Shown in pieces: positions 28,619 through 37,465 of a stretch of DNA of 59,043 nt. This DNA is from a virus (taxonomy: Duplodnaviria; Caudoviricetes). A program made the position numbers and the translations under genes. Each line of letters begins with the position of its first letter. The stretch's first letter is position 1. A model generated the notes under the pieces. The model was not told the DNA's origin, ran no database searches, and saw only the letters and a program-made list of their open reading frames with translations. Where the stretch lies: the IMG/VR virus record IMGVR_UViG_3300025137_000040, positions 1 to 59,043 of that record, one strand, 5' to 3'.

Positions 28619-28814
28619 TGGTGTGTTGGTTAGTGTTTAAGAGTTCCTCTTGCTCCAAGATTTTTAGAGTCTTCTTGATCTCAGCAGTCACCTGCGAGAC
28701 AGACCCGAAAAACTTGAATGAGGTGGACGGGAGGTTAACTTCCCAAGGGTGATCTTGCCCTTCCTTTGTTGCTTCCCCGATACCATCGGGTGTTTCTATC
28801 GTAAACGACTGCAT
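28602..28814 (-). CDS. Hypothetical early protein
   Basis: ATG with AC-rich leader. Confidence 0.55.
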   Translation of the reverse strand: MQSFTIETPDGIGEATKEGQDHPWEVNLPSTSFKFFGSVSQVTAEIKKTLKILEQEELLNTNQHTNEEET

Positions 28815-28860
28815 GGTTTGTTGGTTAGTTGGTTAGGACTCAGGACCCGTGGCTAAGGGT

Positions 28861-29112
28861 TCAGGAGAAACAGTTAGCCTTGAGTGCTGCGAAGAACTCG
28901 TCGAGGTCATCGAAATGTCGAGTCTCACTACGGAACAGTGAACCTACGGTGACGTAGTATCTTCCGAGGTTGTCCCGTCGAGCCTCTACACTCACCCCCT
29001 TTCCTCTATGGAAGGAGAACAAGATAGGTAGTCCCTCTATTTCCTCAGGCTGATCGTCCCAACTCTTTGGTTGTGGTTTTGATTTCTTTGGTGTGTTGGT
29101 TTGTTTGTTCAT
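28861..29112 (-). CDS. Hypothetical early protein
   Basis: Starts inside the CAACACACCAATGAA repeat. Confidence 0.55.
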   Translation of the reverse strand: MNKQTNTPKKSKPQPKSWDDQPEEIEGLPILFSFHRGKGVSVEARRDNLGRYYVTVGSLFRSETRHFDDLDEFFAALKANCFS

Positions 29113-29139
29113 TGGTGTGTTGGTTTGTTGGTTTGTTGG

Positions 29140-29478
29140 TTATTTAATCGTGATTGTCTTCCCGACGATGGAGAGCCTTTCAGCTCTGTGGATAGGAACT
29201 TCGGTATCCTTTAGAACAAAGGACGAGAACTTATATGGGTCGTAGGTGACAGCTGCACCTGCGGTGAGGGGTGTCTCGACAAGATCTCCTATGATGTATG
29301 CATGGACATTCTTCCGACCCTCTCGCAAGACCCTTTGCCTACCAGCTTCGCTGACTTTAAAGGCGACGTTATCGAGGTGGGCTTCAGGCATATACTTCCA
29401 AACACGCCACCCCTTAGGGCTTTGGGTTTGGACGGAGAGACATTGACGGTGGAGGTTGTAATATACCCGCACTTTCAT
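29140..29478 (-). CDS. Conserved phage protein (YYNLH...RQRVLREGRKNVHA type)
   Basis: Motif pattern recalled from many phages; ATG at 29478 follows the AC-rich leader. Confidence 0.7.
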   Translation of the reverse strand: MKVRVYYNLHRQCLSVQTQSPKGWRVWKYMPEAHLDNVAFKVSEAGRQRVLREGRKNVHAYIIGDLVETPLTAGAAVTYDPYKFSSFVLKDTEVPIHRAERLSIVGKTITIK

Positions 29479-29498
29479 TTCGATTTGTTTGGTTAGTT

Positions 29499-29552
29499 GG
29501 TTAGTCGATTCACCCATACGCAATCCGCATATGGGTGAATCAAATTTTGTTT
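29499..29552 (-). repeat. 54-bp intergenic hairpin repeat, copy 1
   Basis: GATTCACCCATA-CGCAATCCGCA-TATGGGTGAATC; 52/54 identical to 30190-30243. Confidence 0.9.
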
Positions 29553-29557
29553 AGTGC

Positions 29558-29953
29558 TTAGATAGCACCACTCAGAGTAGAGATAACCTCCGCTACCTTC
29601 TTGTTCGGGAAGCTCTTCTTTTCACTGTCGAGGTAGATGTTCTCTAGATCGTGAGTGTCTTTTACCATCTCCCAGAGTGCGCGGACCACTTCGACTATCT
29701 CATCTGTATCGATAGGGCGAATCGCCATGAAGTCGTAGGTCTCGCCTCGGAATGAGTAGCAGTCTCCGTCTCCGTATCTGACTTCTTCCCAGATGTAGTC
29801 ACCATGCTCATCGGAATCTGACGCGATCTCCATGTAGTTCATCGAGGCATCTTCACTCCAGAAGATCTCGAACCAGTGGATGTTTATATGAAGGCCGTCG
29901 CCTGGCTTCTGTTCTTCGTTTCGGAACTCTATTGTTATTAGTTTTGGGTACAT
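29558..29953 (-). CDS. Hypothetical acidic early protein
   Basis: 131 aa, strongly D/E-rich. Confidence 0.65.
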   Translation of the reverse strand: MYPKLITIEFRNEEQKPGDGLHINIHWFEIFWSEDASMNYMEIASDSDEHGDYIWEEVRYGDGDCYSFRGETYDFMAIRPIDTDEIVEVVRALWEMVKDTHDLENIYLDSEKKSFPNKKVAEVISTLSGAI

Positions 29954-29962
29954 AATTTATTT

Positions 29963-30178
29963 CTAGTTGTTGGTTAGGGTTTGTGCCTCGGCAATAGCGG
30001 CTTTCACTTCTTCAAGAAATTGATCATCAGTATCTCGGAAGTAAGGCTTTCCGTTGAAGAGCCACGCGACAACGGTTCCGGTTTCGTTTTCGTCGTTGGT
30101 CTGCCACCCATCAAGGTGGACCACTCCGTTCTCGTCTATGTACTCATATCGGATTTCTTTGTATTTAGGTTTCTTCAT
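29963..30178 (-). CDS. Hypothetical early protein
   Basis: ATG at 30178 downstream of the hairpin repeat. Confidence 0.6.
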   Translation of the reverse strand: MKKPKYKEIRYEYIDENGVVHLDGWQTNDENETGTVVAWLFNGKPYFRDTDDQFLEEVKAAIAEAQTLTNN

Positions 30179-30189
30179 GGTTGTTGTTC

Positions 30190-30243
30190 GGTTAGTCGAT
30201 CCACCCATACGCAATCCGCATATGGGTGGATCAAATTTTGTTT
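30190..30243 (-). repeat. 54-bp intergenic hairpin repeat, copy 2
   Basis: GATCCACCCATA-CGCAATCCGCA-TATGGGTGGATC. Confidence 0.9.
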
Positions 30244-30249
30244 GGACTG

Positions 30250-30594
30250 CTAGTCCAAGAACTCTGTTGGGTTTACTTCCTGGATGTCAGAAGAACGCGG
30301 CTTGATCTCATGGTCAGGCATAGGTTCCTTGGACATAATCAGGTTTGTGATGCGGGGCATAAGCCAACCCGCTATGGGAGCGAGGAAGGGGGGAGCCGCG
30401 TCGAGTTGTTTATACAGCTTGAGTAGGGCTACCCTAACAGGGCTTACCTCCATGCAGACAAAGTCTGTGACGTGGCATCCCACAAAGAACTCTCCAGAGG
30501 AGATGGCCTCCAGAATTTCTTCATGGCTTTTGTATACAGGTAGTGTGCGGTAGTTGTTTCGACCGCGTTGGTAGGTGATGTAGTATTGGTTCAT
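30250..30594 (-). CDS. Hypothetical early protein
   Basis: ATG at 30594 inside the CAACACACCAATGAA repeat. Confidence 0.6.
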   Translation of the reverse strand: MNQYYITYQRGRNNYRTLPVYKSHEEILEAISSGEFFVGCHVTDFVCMEVSPVRVALLKLYKQLDAAPPFLAPIAGWLMPRITNLIMSKEPMPDHEIKPRSSDIQEVNPTEFLD

Positions 30595-30914
30595 TGGTGT
30601 GTTGGTGTGTTGGTGTCCCATTTATTCCTTAGGGTTGGGAAGACAAAGGCTAGCCAGTAAGGGCAGTATTCAAAATCGTAACAGCCCATTTCATCTCGAG
30701 CGTCCTGTTCCATATCGTTCCACATCTCTTCCATTGCTACCGCTAGCTCGTCGAGTATGAACAATCGACATGCCCATATACCTTTCTGCTCTTGCATTGT
30801 ATCCATGAATTCGCGGAACTCTTCTAACCCTGTTCTACCATCATGGCCCAAAGCCCATGTCTCCGTTATAATCATGGCAGATAGTGCGAGGTCTTGTTCA
30901 ATTATGTTTGTCAT
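30591..30914 (-). CDS. Hypothetical early protein
   Basis: ATGA-coupled ORF. Confidence 0.6.
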   Translation of the reverse strand: MTNIIEQDLALSAMIITETWALGHDGRTGLEEFREFMDTMQEQKGIWACRLFILDELAVAMEEMWNDMEQDARDEMGCYDFEYCPYWLAFVFPTLRNKWDTNTPTHQ

Positions 30915-31245
30915 CTCCTATTAATGTTATGGTTTGTTTAATGGCCCACGCCAGGGCTCTAGGTGATTTGGCGCAGACATGTTGTAGGTCCTCATGGACT
31001 CTCCAAACATGTGGCATCGAACTGGATATAAGACCGCGCCGATAGGCAAGAGAAGCTGTCTTGCTCCCATCCCCACAGGTCCGGTTCCAGTGGTATAGCA
31101 AGTAGTAGCAAGGTGTGGAGCAGGAATGTGGCCTGGCTGTAATAAACTGAATATCAAGATCAAACACACCAGTTCGGGGCGGCTCTTTAATGCAGCTTAA
31201 AACCAATTCAATTAGCCACTGTTTAGTTAGTCGAGGGTCTTTCAT
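30898..31245 (-). CDS. Hypothetical early protein
   Basis: ATG overlaps the stop of the vWA gene. Confidence 0.5.
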   Translation of the reverse strand: MKDPRLTKQWLIELVLSCIKEPPRTGVFDLDIQFITARPHSCSTPCYYLLYHWNRTCGDGSKTASLAYRRGLISSSMPHVWRVHEDLQHVCAKSPRALAWAIKQTITLIGDDKHN

Positions 31246-32441
31246 GCAGCCACCTCCCGCATGTCTAACACCTGTCCGAATGGGTACTCCGAACGTCCGA
31301 AGTTGACCCATAGGGTTGGGTAGTTAGAAGACTTGGGGAAGGTGCCATACCCGTCAGTGAAGTAGATGATCGCCGAGCACTGAGGGAAGTTGTTGTCCAC
31401 CCAGTCGAAGGCAGGGCGGAAGTCAGTGCCCCCTCGACCCTTTGCTTTAAGCGGAACTTCGCTACCAGAGGAGAACTCCTCAGCATTAGCAACCTCGGTG
31501 TCTACGTCGAGCACCCAGAGTCGCTTGATGTTGACATCGTCCATCGCCTGTTGAATCTCTCCAATCATCTGATTGAGGAGATCCCCACACATGGACCCCG
31601 AGGTGTCTTTGACAAACACTAGACCATCAACCGAGGGCGACAAGAAGGACTCGAGGTAGAGACCATCCTCCAGAAAGCGGCGGTCGAACTGATCCTCGGA
31701 GACTTCGCTAACTGTGAGGTCGCGGACGAATTGAGATAGGATCGCCTTCCAGTCAAGGACAGATTCAGAAGGGGAGATCTTCTCAAGCAGTCCACCAGGG
31801 AAGTCTCCCTTCAGCTTAGCCATCTGTGTTGCTTGGTGGGATATTCTCTCCCACTTATCTTCACCTTCACCAGCGACTGACTCATCACCTTCGCCTTCGC
31901 CTTCGCCTTCACCAGCAACTGACTCATCAGCTTCGAATCCGCCGGGGCCGTTGCCGTCCCCATACTGTTCTTCGAAACCCTCAGGATCAGCTTGCTTCTC
32001 CTGCATGAGTAGGTTGTAGATCCTCTCCTCACTCTCATCAGAGAACTTACCCCCTGCATCGAGCCCACCTGGTGGCAGTTCAATAATACCGTACTGCCTC
32101 TTGATGGTTAGGAGAATGTCATTAATGACATAGTCACAGGCGATGTTGGCCACTTGCATGTCCATGCCATCTCCACGAAACCGCTTCAGGTGAAGTAGGA
32201 ATGGGTGGAACATCTCATGGAGTAACAGCCCGAGCTTTTGCGGCATGCTTAGCTTGACCCAGTAATTAGGGTTTACCCACACCGTGTAAGCGTCGGTGCA
32301 GGCCGTGTCCCCGCGCTCTGTGGACAGCTCATACTTGAGGCTGTCGAGGGCTCCGAGGAACACATTGAGTCCACTGTGTAGAGCAACAATGTTGAGAGCC
32401 TGGCTGATGTCGTTAAAGAATTTATCTTCCGAATAACTCAT
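31242..32441 (-). CDS. HExxH metallopeptidase + vWA domain protein (DUF2201-like)
   Basis: TACTD, LLHEMFH, NIACDYVIN; MIDAS DTSGSM, GGTDFRP and YFTDGYG motifs. Confidence 0.85.
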   Translation of the reverse strand: MSYSEDKFFNDISQALNIVALHSGLNVFLGALDSLKYELSTERGDTACTDAYTVWVNPNYWVKLSMPQKLGLLLHEMFHPFLLHLKRFRGDGMDMQVANIACDYVINDILLTIKRQYGIIELPPGGLDAGGKFSDESEERIYNLLMQEKQADPEGFEEQYGDGNGPGGFEADESVAGEGEGEGEGDESVAGEGEDKWERISHQATQMAKLKGDFPGGLLEKISPSESVLDWKAILSQFVRDLTVSEVSEDQFDRRFLEDGLYLESFLSPSVDGLVFVKDTSGSMCGDLLNQMIGEIQQAMDDVNIKRLWVLDVDTEVANAEEFSSGSEVPLKAKGRGGTDFRPAFDWVDNNFPQCSAIIYFTDGYGTFPKSSNYPTLWVNFGRSEYPFGQVLDMREVAA

Positions 32442-32456
32442 ATGTTGATGTGTTGG

Positions 32457-33542
32457 TTAGTTGATTGAGGCAGTAGCCGAAGCAAGTACTGAAGCTGCAA
32501 GCCTTTGAAAGTACTTGTTATTCAACAGGCTTGGGCTCTGGACAGCGATTGTCTTGGCGACGAAGGCGGCGTAGTGGGAATTGAATCCACTGTCCCCAAG
32601 CCTTTCAGTGACCCGGATAACTGACTCGAGATTCTCATCGTCGGCGCGGCCAGCTAGCTTACAGGAGATGATCATCTTGAGTGTGCGATCCTCAGGGATA
32701 TCGCACCCATCTGGATCCGCCAGGAGGTTGTCGATTGACCCCACGCTGTTATAGATCTTGATGAATTCATCGAGCGCTGCCGCAGCCTTGGCTCCGATGC
32801 AACCCTGGATAGCGGCTGAGGCTACTCGACCGAGGCTAAGGTCCCCAGCAGAACTCTTCTGCATCTGGTAGTTGATGACGTTGCCAGCCTCTTGCAAAGA
32901 ACGGAACGTCGGCACATTACTCTGTCCATCGAACTTATCGGGGTCGAAATCATAGGCGACGTGGTTCGACTCAAGGAATGCCAGAAGCATGGGGTAACTA
33001 CCCGACTCCTCCAGCATACGCTTGTATCCTGCCATATCGGGGAGGACATAATACCAACAGAAGCGGTTGGCTTGAGCTATACCAAAGCGTTCAGCATGCG
33101 ACCGTGTCCCTGCGCCATTACCCGCTGCCACAATAAAGGTCTGTTCTGGTAGCTTTTTATTGCCCACAGACCTGTCATGGGTGATCTGCATTTTGATCTT
33201 CTGCATCGCTGGTGGACACTGTAGGGCTTCATCGAGGTGCACCAAATGCTGCCCGTCGGTGAGGTGACAGGGAAGCTCTTCGGTTACTGCGTAACACGCT
33301 TTGCCCTCCTCCTTGTCGAAGTAGGGAAGCCGAATGTCACTCGGGAGCTGGTTCGCCAAGCGGCAGTCCCAATATTGTAGGCTGTGGTCATCAGCATACT
33401 TTTTGATCAGGAACGATTTGCCTAGCCCTGCATCCCCCTCGAGAAGTGGTACGATGGTTGACACTCCACTGAATTGTTGCTCGTGGTGCATCTCCAGAAC
33501 TTCTGGAATATCGTTTGGTGTAATGGTTTGTTTATCTCTCAT
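32457..33542 (-). CDS. AAA+ ATPase (MoxR/dynein-related)
   Basis: GDAGLGKS Walker A, VHLDE Walker B, AAGN and ANRF motifs. Confidence 0.85.
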   Translation of the reverse strand: MRDKQTITPNDIPEVLEMHHEQQFSGVSTIVPLLEGDAGLGKSFLIKKYADDHSLQYWDCRLANQLPSDIRLPYFDKEEGKACYAVTEELPCHLTDGQHLVHLDEALQCPPAMQKIKMQITHDRSVGNKKLPEQTFIVAAGNGAGTRSHAERFGIAQANRFCWYYVLPDMAGYKRMLEESGSYPMLLAFLESNHVAYDFDPDKFDGQSNVPTFRSLQEAGNVINYQMQKSSAGDLSLGRVASAAIQGCIGAKAAAALDEFIKIYNSVGSIDNLLADPDGCDIPEDRTLKMIISCKLAGRADDENLESVIRVTERLGDSGFNSHYAAFVAKTIAVQSPSLLNNKYFQRLAASVLASATASIN

Positions 33543-33583
33543 TGGTTAGTTGGTTTGTTGTTAACACGGGATTGTCCCGCCCT

Positions 33584-33619
33584 GCCAGCATATGTGGTAG
33601 GGGAACCGCATATGCTGGC
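33584..33619 (-). promoter_or_regulatory. Intergenic 15-bp hairpin with CATATG in both arms
   Basis: gccagcatatgtggt-agggga-accgcatatgctggc (one mismatch). Confidence 0.65.
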
Positions 33620-33627
33620 GCGGCGAA

Positions 33628-34512
33628 TCAAAGCGCCATGGTTGACAAGATCGAGTTGGCAGTCAGTGCCGCCTCCTTCCTGGCCTCGGGGGATTCCTTG
33701 AGGACTTCAACGTCCCAGGCTGAAACCCTCTCAGCTTCGGCACACAGCTCGAGAAGCTCTTCATCTGGGGCGACCATCATCTTGGGTATCAAGCCCACCA
33801 CTTCGCCGATGTTATCGACGATCGAGCTATACATCTTCTTACCCACTGGCCCCTCCTCGTAGGACTTCATCTTCGAGGTGAAGTTCTTCAGCACCTTTCC
33901 GAGACGCTTTCTAAGCTGGCCCTGAGCTTCGACGGTGGCCCCTTCGATGTACTCACGGGCTGACTCCTGCATGGTTGACTTGAACTGGTCATTGAGGTGT
34001 TTCAAGTTCTGGACGTTGGCTGGATCAGGGAATGGATACTGGTGGTAGTCAACTCGGATCCGGTGAGCTACCTTCTCCTTGGTATCCAACCAGCGGTTCT
34101 TGGGAACAACCAGCGACCCAGTGCTGATACTCCGGAACCTGTCCTGTGAACAGGGGAGGATTTCTCCCTCATACCTGTTAACGAAGTCTTGCTTGAAGGC
34201 GGACCACTCGCTGGAGATCTTCTGCCACTCTTCTTGGAACTTAAACATGACGGCTGTGGGTAGCACTGTGTGTGGCCCGATCCGGATGACCAGGCAGCGT
34301 GGGCTGTCTTGGTCAAAGATCTTTCTTGCCTCACTCTCCGCTTTGCGGAGGGGCTCGGTGTATTCCTTGGGGATCAGATCATAGACACCTTTGGTGACTC
34401 GGCTGTCGATACCTTGGGCTTGGCCAATGATCTTACCCACCTCTTTCGCTTGCATGGTTGGTGCGTAGCGGTGGAAGGACACGTTCAGTGCGATTGCATT
34501 TTCATTAATCAT
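33628..34512 (-). CDS. Helical protein upstream of AAA/vWA pair (possibly DUF3150-like)
   Basis: 294 aa; size and context match the usual third member of phage AAA-vWA clusters. Confidence 0.5.
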   Translation of the reverse strand: MINENAIALNVSFHRYAPTMQAKEVGKIIGQAQGIDSRVTKGVYDLIPKEYTEPLRKAESEARKIFDQDSPRCLVIRIGPHTVLPTAVMFKFQEEWQKISSEWSAFKQDFVNRYEGEILPCSQDRFRSISTGSLVVPKNRWLDTKEKVAHRIRVDYHQYPFPDPANVQNLKHLNDQFKSTMQESAREYIEGATVEAQGQLRKRLGKVLKNFTSKMKSYEEGPVGKKMYSSIVDNIGEVVGLIPKMMVAPDEELLELCAEAERVSAWDVEVLKESPEARKEAALTANSILSTMAL

Positions 34513-34575
34513 GGTTGGTATTTCTAGTGGTTGGTTTGTTGGTTCATTGGTGTGTTGCCATTTGCCGCTGTTGGC

Positions 34576-34845
34576 TCAGTCATAGTTTTTGTCAGAGAGT
34601 TGATTTACCTCGGCTGCTAGCCCTCTGGAGTAGCTCTCCATTTCCTTTATCCGCGCCTCGAGTAGCACGCTCTTGTTGTGCTGCTGCACCAGCTGACTCT
34701 CTAGCTCAAGCTGAGCTATGCCATTGAGCCGATCGGCTAGCTTGTAGGCGGTGCTGGCGGTGACTTGAGCGCTCAACTTAGCAACAGGAGAACCGTCGCG
34801 CATAAGCAGAGCGTGGGTGTCTAGGTCGTAGATGTAGTCTTCCAT
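34576..34845 (-). CDS. Hypothetical coiled-coil protein
   Basis: Heptad-like C-terminal half. Confidence 0.6.
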   Translation of the reverse strand: MEDYIYDLDTHALLMRDGSPVAKLSAQVTASTAYKLADRLNGIAQLELESQLVQQHNKSVLLEARIKEMESYSRGLAAEVNQLSDKNYD

Positions 34846-34863
34846 AATATATCCGCGTATGAT

Positions 34864-35136
34864 TTACTTAATAGAATTGAGGTAGCGTTGGGTTCCCTCA
34901 AGGTGGTAAACCTCGAGCTGTTGGCGAAGCCTTTTGTGCTCGCGGGTTCCCGGGCAATGCTTTCTCCACTCGCTGCTTATACGGTTGTAGCTCTTCACAA
35001 ACTCACCCGGGGGGAGGTTGCTTACGTGCTGTTCAGCCGCAGCAGATACACGTCTGGGTCGGCTGGTCTTGATGAATGTAATTGCGCCGACAAGCAGGGA
35101 CGCACCTCCTAGTATAATGATAACAATATCAGTCAT
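34864..35136 (-). CDS. Membrane-anchored hypothetical protein
   Basis: N-terminal TM segment IVIIILGGASLLVGAITFI. Confidence 0.6.
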   Translation of the reverse strand: MTDIVIIILGGASLLVGAITFIKTSRPRRVSAAAEQHVSNLPPGEFVKSYNRISSEWRKHCPGTREHKRLRQQLEVYHLEGTQRYLNSIK

Positions 35137-35214
35137 GGTATTTTGTGGGTTGGGTTGTTGGTGTGTTGGTCTGTTGGTGTTCAGTAGATTAGTAATATGC
35201 CACCCGCATATGAT

Positions 35215-35421
35215 CTAAGCTGGATCCTCCTGAAGGAATGCGATGTGGGTTGGAGTGTAGTCGGTTGATTCTATAACGCCACATATAGAGGCGGTGTAGG
35301 TTAGAGGGTCGTCTAGAAGAGATTTGTATTCCTCTTGAGCTTCCTCAAATGTTTCGAAACAGCGCCAATCTGATTCTGAATCAGATCGATCTTGATCTTT
35401 TGTATAAATTACAATGAACAT
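35215..35421 (-). CDS. Hypothetical acidic protein
   Basis: Fits the gene array. Confidence 0.55.
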   Translation of the reverse strand: MFIVIYTKDQDRSDSESDWRCFETFEEAQEEYKSLLDDPLTYTASICGVIESTDYTPTHIAFLQEDPA

Positions 35422-35677
35422 TGGATTGATTAGAGTTCAGTTCAACAGCTAGCTCGTCGGCCAACTGATCTATTTTTTTAAGACACTCCACGTAATCGTT
35501 TGGCGTTGAAACGGACGGAGCTAAAGCCTCGGCAGCCAGAGATATGGTGGCGATGGCAACCTCTTTAGCTTTCTCTTCAGGGTTACCAATGCGACCTGCT
35601 TTGGCTAGTTCCCGGAGAGTTAGTCCGGTCCAGTTCTTTTGTTCGAGGAGGTCCTCGACGATTGGTACTTCAGTCAT
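35381..35677 (-). CDS. Hypothetical early protein
   Basis: ATG at 35677 follows an AC-rich leader. Confidence 0.6.
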   Translation of the reverse strand: MTEVPIVEDLLEQKNWTGLTLRELAKAGRIGNPEEKAKEVAIATISLAAEALAPSVSTPNDYVECLKKIDQLADELAVELNSNQSNVHCNLYKRSRSI

Positions 35678-35704
35678 TGGGTTGTTGGTTTGTTGGGTTA
35701 GCAA

Positions 35705-36058
35705 TTAAGATTCTATCCGAAGACGCTGTTCTTCGTATTCCTCTTGAGCCTGCTCCTCAAGCTCCAGCTCGTTGAGGGCGTAGTCTTCACATATGTCCCA
35801 CCCTTGTGAGACTGCGTGGGTGGATCTCCACGCCAGACCTGTCACCCCGTTGGGACGGCGGATCTGAGTGAGGGTTGCAACAACCCCCAGTTCGGGGTGG
35901 GTTACCTCCCCGCAGCGGGAGTCTACTCCCTGCCACTGGGTGGTCTTCTTAAACTCTCCCCAGTGGGAGACACATAGGTCTTGGCACCCATCAAAGATGG
36001 ACCCCACTACTTTAAGGTAGGTGGAAGCGTTTCTGTCTTCTATGAACTCTGTTCTCAT
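35705..36058 (-). CDS. Hypothetical early protein
   Basis: ATG at 36058 follows (CAACAAAC)x3. Confidence 0.6.
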   Translation of the reverse strand: MRTEFIEDRNASTYLKVVGSIFDGCQDLCVSHWGEFKKTTQWQGVDSRCGEVTHPELGVVATLTQIRRPNGVTGLAWRSTHAVSQGWDICEDYALNELELEEQAQEEYEEQRLRIES

Positions 36059-36117
36059 ATTTGGTTTGTTGGTTTGTTGGTTTGTTGATATGCGGTCATA
36101 TCCGGTTATCATATGGT

Positions 36118-36627
36118 ATGTCAAACCATAAATGGGATCATCTCCCGTGGGATACAATTCGCGAGGCTTATGTTTGTGGAGTGTCAGCTGGACAGCTCCA
36201 AGAAAAGTATGGCGTTCCTGAGGGAACTATCAGGGGGAGAGCACACCGACAGAATTGGCCTAGCCCTCACCGAGTACGTAAGGTGATGAAGGCTGCTCAC
36301 AAGATCATTGATGAGGATCCTGATAGGGGAGAGGACCTTATGGAGGCCCTTGGGTCCCAAGTAAATGGGGTCGATCCGAACGGCTCAATGCGCGAAATTG
36401 TGTCATCACTGGAGGCCAAGCAGAGGAAACATCAGGATCTGATGGTTAATATGCTCCAGAAATCCTTGGATAAAGCGAAGATCAAGCCTCCGAAAGACTA
36501 TCGGGAACTAGACATAGCTGACAAAATAATGCGGAGGAACCTGGATCTCGATAAGAAGGACGATAAACCGAGCGTCCAGATAGGGATTATCGGTGGCAAG
36601 GTGGAGGAGATAGGTGGCTCCGAATAG
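36118..36627 (+). CDS. terS: Putative terminase small subunit (N-terminal HTH)
   Basis: WDTIREAYVCGVSAGQLQEKYGVPEGTIRGRAHRQNW resembles TerS N-terminal HTH domains; helical middle and short beta tail. Confidence 0.6.
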   Translation: MSNHKWDHLPWDTIREAYVCGVSAGQLQEKYGVPEGTIRGRAHRQNWPSPHRVRKVMKAAHKIIDEDPDRGEDLMEALGSQVNGVDPNGSMREIVSSLEAKQRKHQDLMVNMLQKSLDKAKIKPPKDYRELDIADKIMRRNLDLDKKDDKPSVQIGIIGGKVEEIGGSE

Positions 36628-36707
36628 GGTCCGAATCGTCACACCGTGTGACAAATCCCAGTTAGGTATCCTCTAGACCCCCGAAGATACTGGGGTGCAA
36701 TACGGGT

Positions 36708-36986
36708 CTAAGACCCGTGAGTTAGCCAAGACCAGTCACTCCTGATCTTAGTGGCGCGTCTCCCTTTGTCAGGGAGCTTGCATATGTGGGAGTCTCTGGC
36801 GTAGACCTTGATGGGTCCTCCTTCGCACCTGTGTTGTGCTGAGAGGCTTTTACGCCTAGCCTGCCATTGGAGGGCAGATAGGCGTTGTGACGCCTGAGAG
36901 AGTCTCTCAGAGTCTAAGACGGGCTTACCGTCTAGGTTATAGGCGAAGAGATCCGCGAAGATCTCCGCTTCGGTTTGGCTGTTCAT
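36708..36986 (-). CDS. Hypothetical protein
   Basis: 92-aa ATG ORF on the early strand. Confidence 0.45.
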   Translation of the reverse strand: MNSQTEAEIFADLFAYNLDGKPVLDSERLSQASQRLSALQWQARRKSLSAQHRCEGGPIKVYARDSHICKLPDKGRRATKIRSDWSWLTHGS

Positions 36987-37465
36987 TCAAGACTGCGCAT
37001 GGATCAGCTCAGCATGGGAATGGATCGCATGAGGGAAGAACATAACCCATGCGCAGGGTAGGAATGAATAGATGGTTGTGAGTTTTACAGTCTAGGCTTG
37101 CCTTGCCTTTTGCGCTTGCTATACGCTCAATTGATTTTATAAGCGGGAACCATACCCGCCCGTGTTGAGGACTCACGAGACAACCTCGCACGTTCCACGG
37201 AAAACTTTGGCAATGTGAAAAGATCAATTCTAATTGCCTCGCACGTTCACGGGGATGAGCCGCTTCTGTGGTCTCAGGCGGGGCTCCGTGTCTTTCCACG
37301 GAGTGATCCCTGTCAGGCCTCTCAGCTGGCAACGTGGGGTAAGCACGCGCTAAGGTGAGAAACTAGGTAGTCGCTAGGATGGGGTGCCAGTCGGGGATAA
37401 GCCAACAGGCGCACCCTAGCCACCATTGCGCGCACGGGGGATTGGACCACGTGCGCGCTAGGTGA

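Noticed and set aside
29478-30214. Shared MRMG-x-STN N-termini as a duplicated signal peptide
   Set aside because: They come from extending ORFs to TTG within the hairpin repeat; the likely starts are the ATGs at 29478 and 30178.
26087-36090. CRISPR or mini-CRISPR array from the recurring repeats
   Set aside because: The repeats are short tandem units or are separated by whole genes, with no regular 25-45 bp spacers. The Cas4-like domain is the common phage type and no cas operon is present.
37009-37332. 107-aa protein-coding gene
   Set aside because: TTG start, no leader and no motifs; not listed as a CDS, though coding cannot be excluded.
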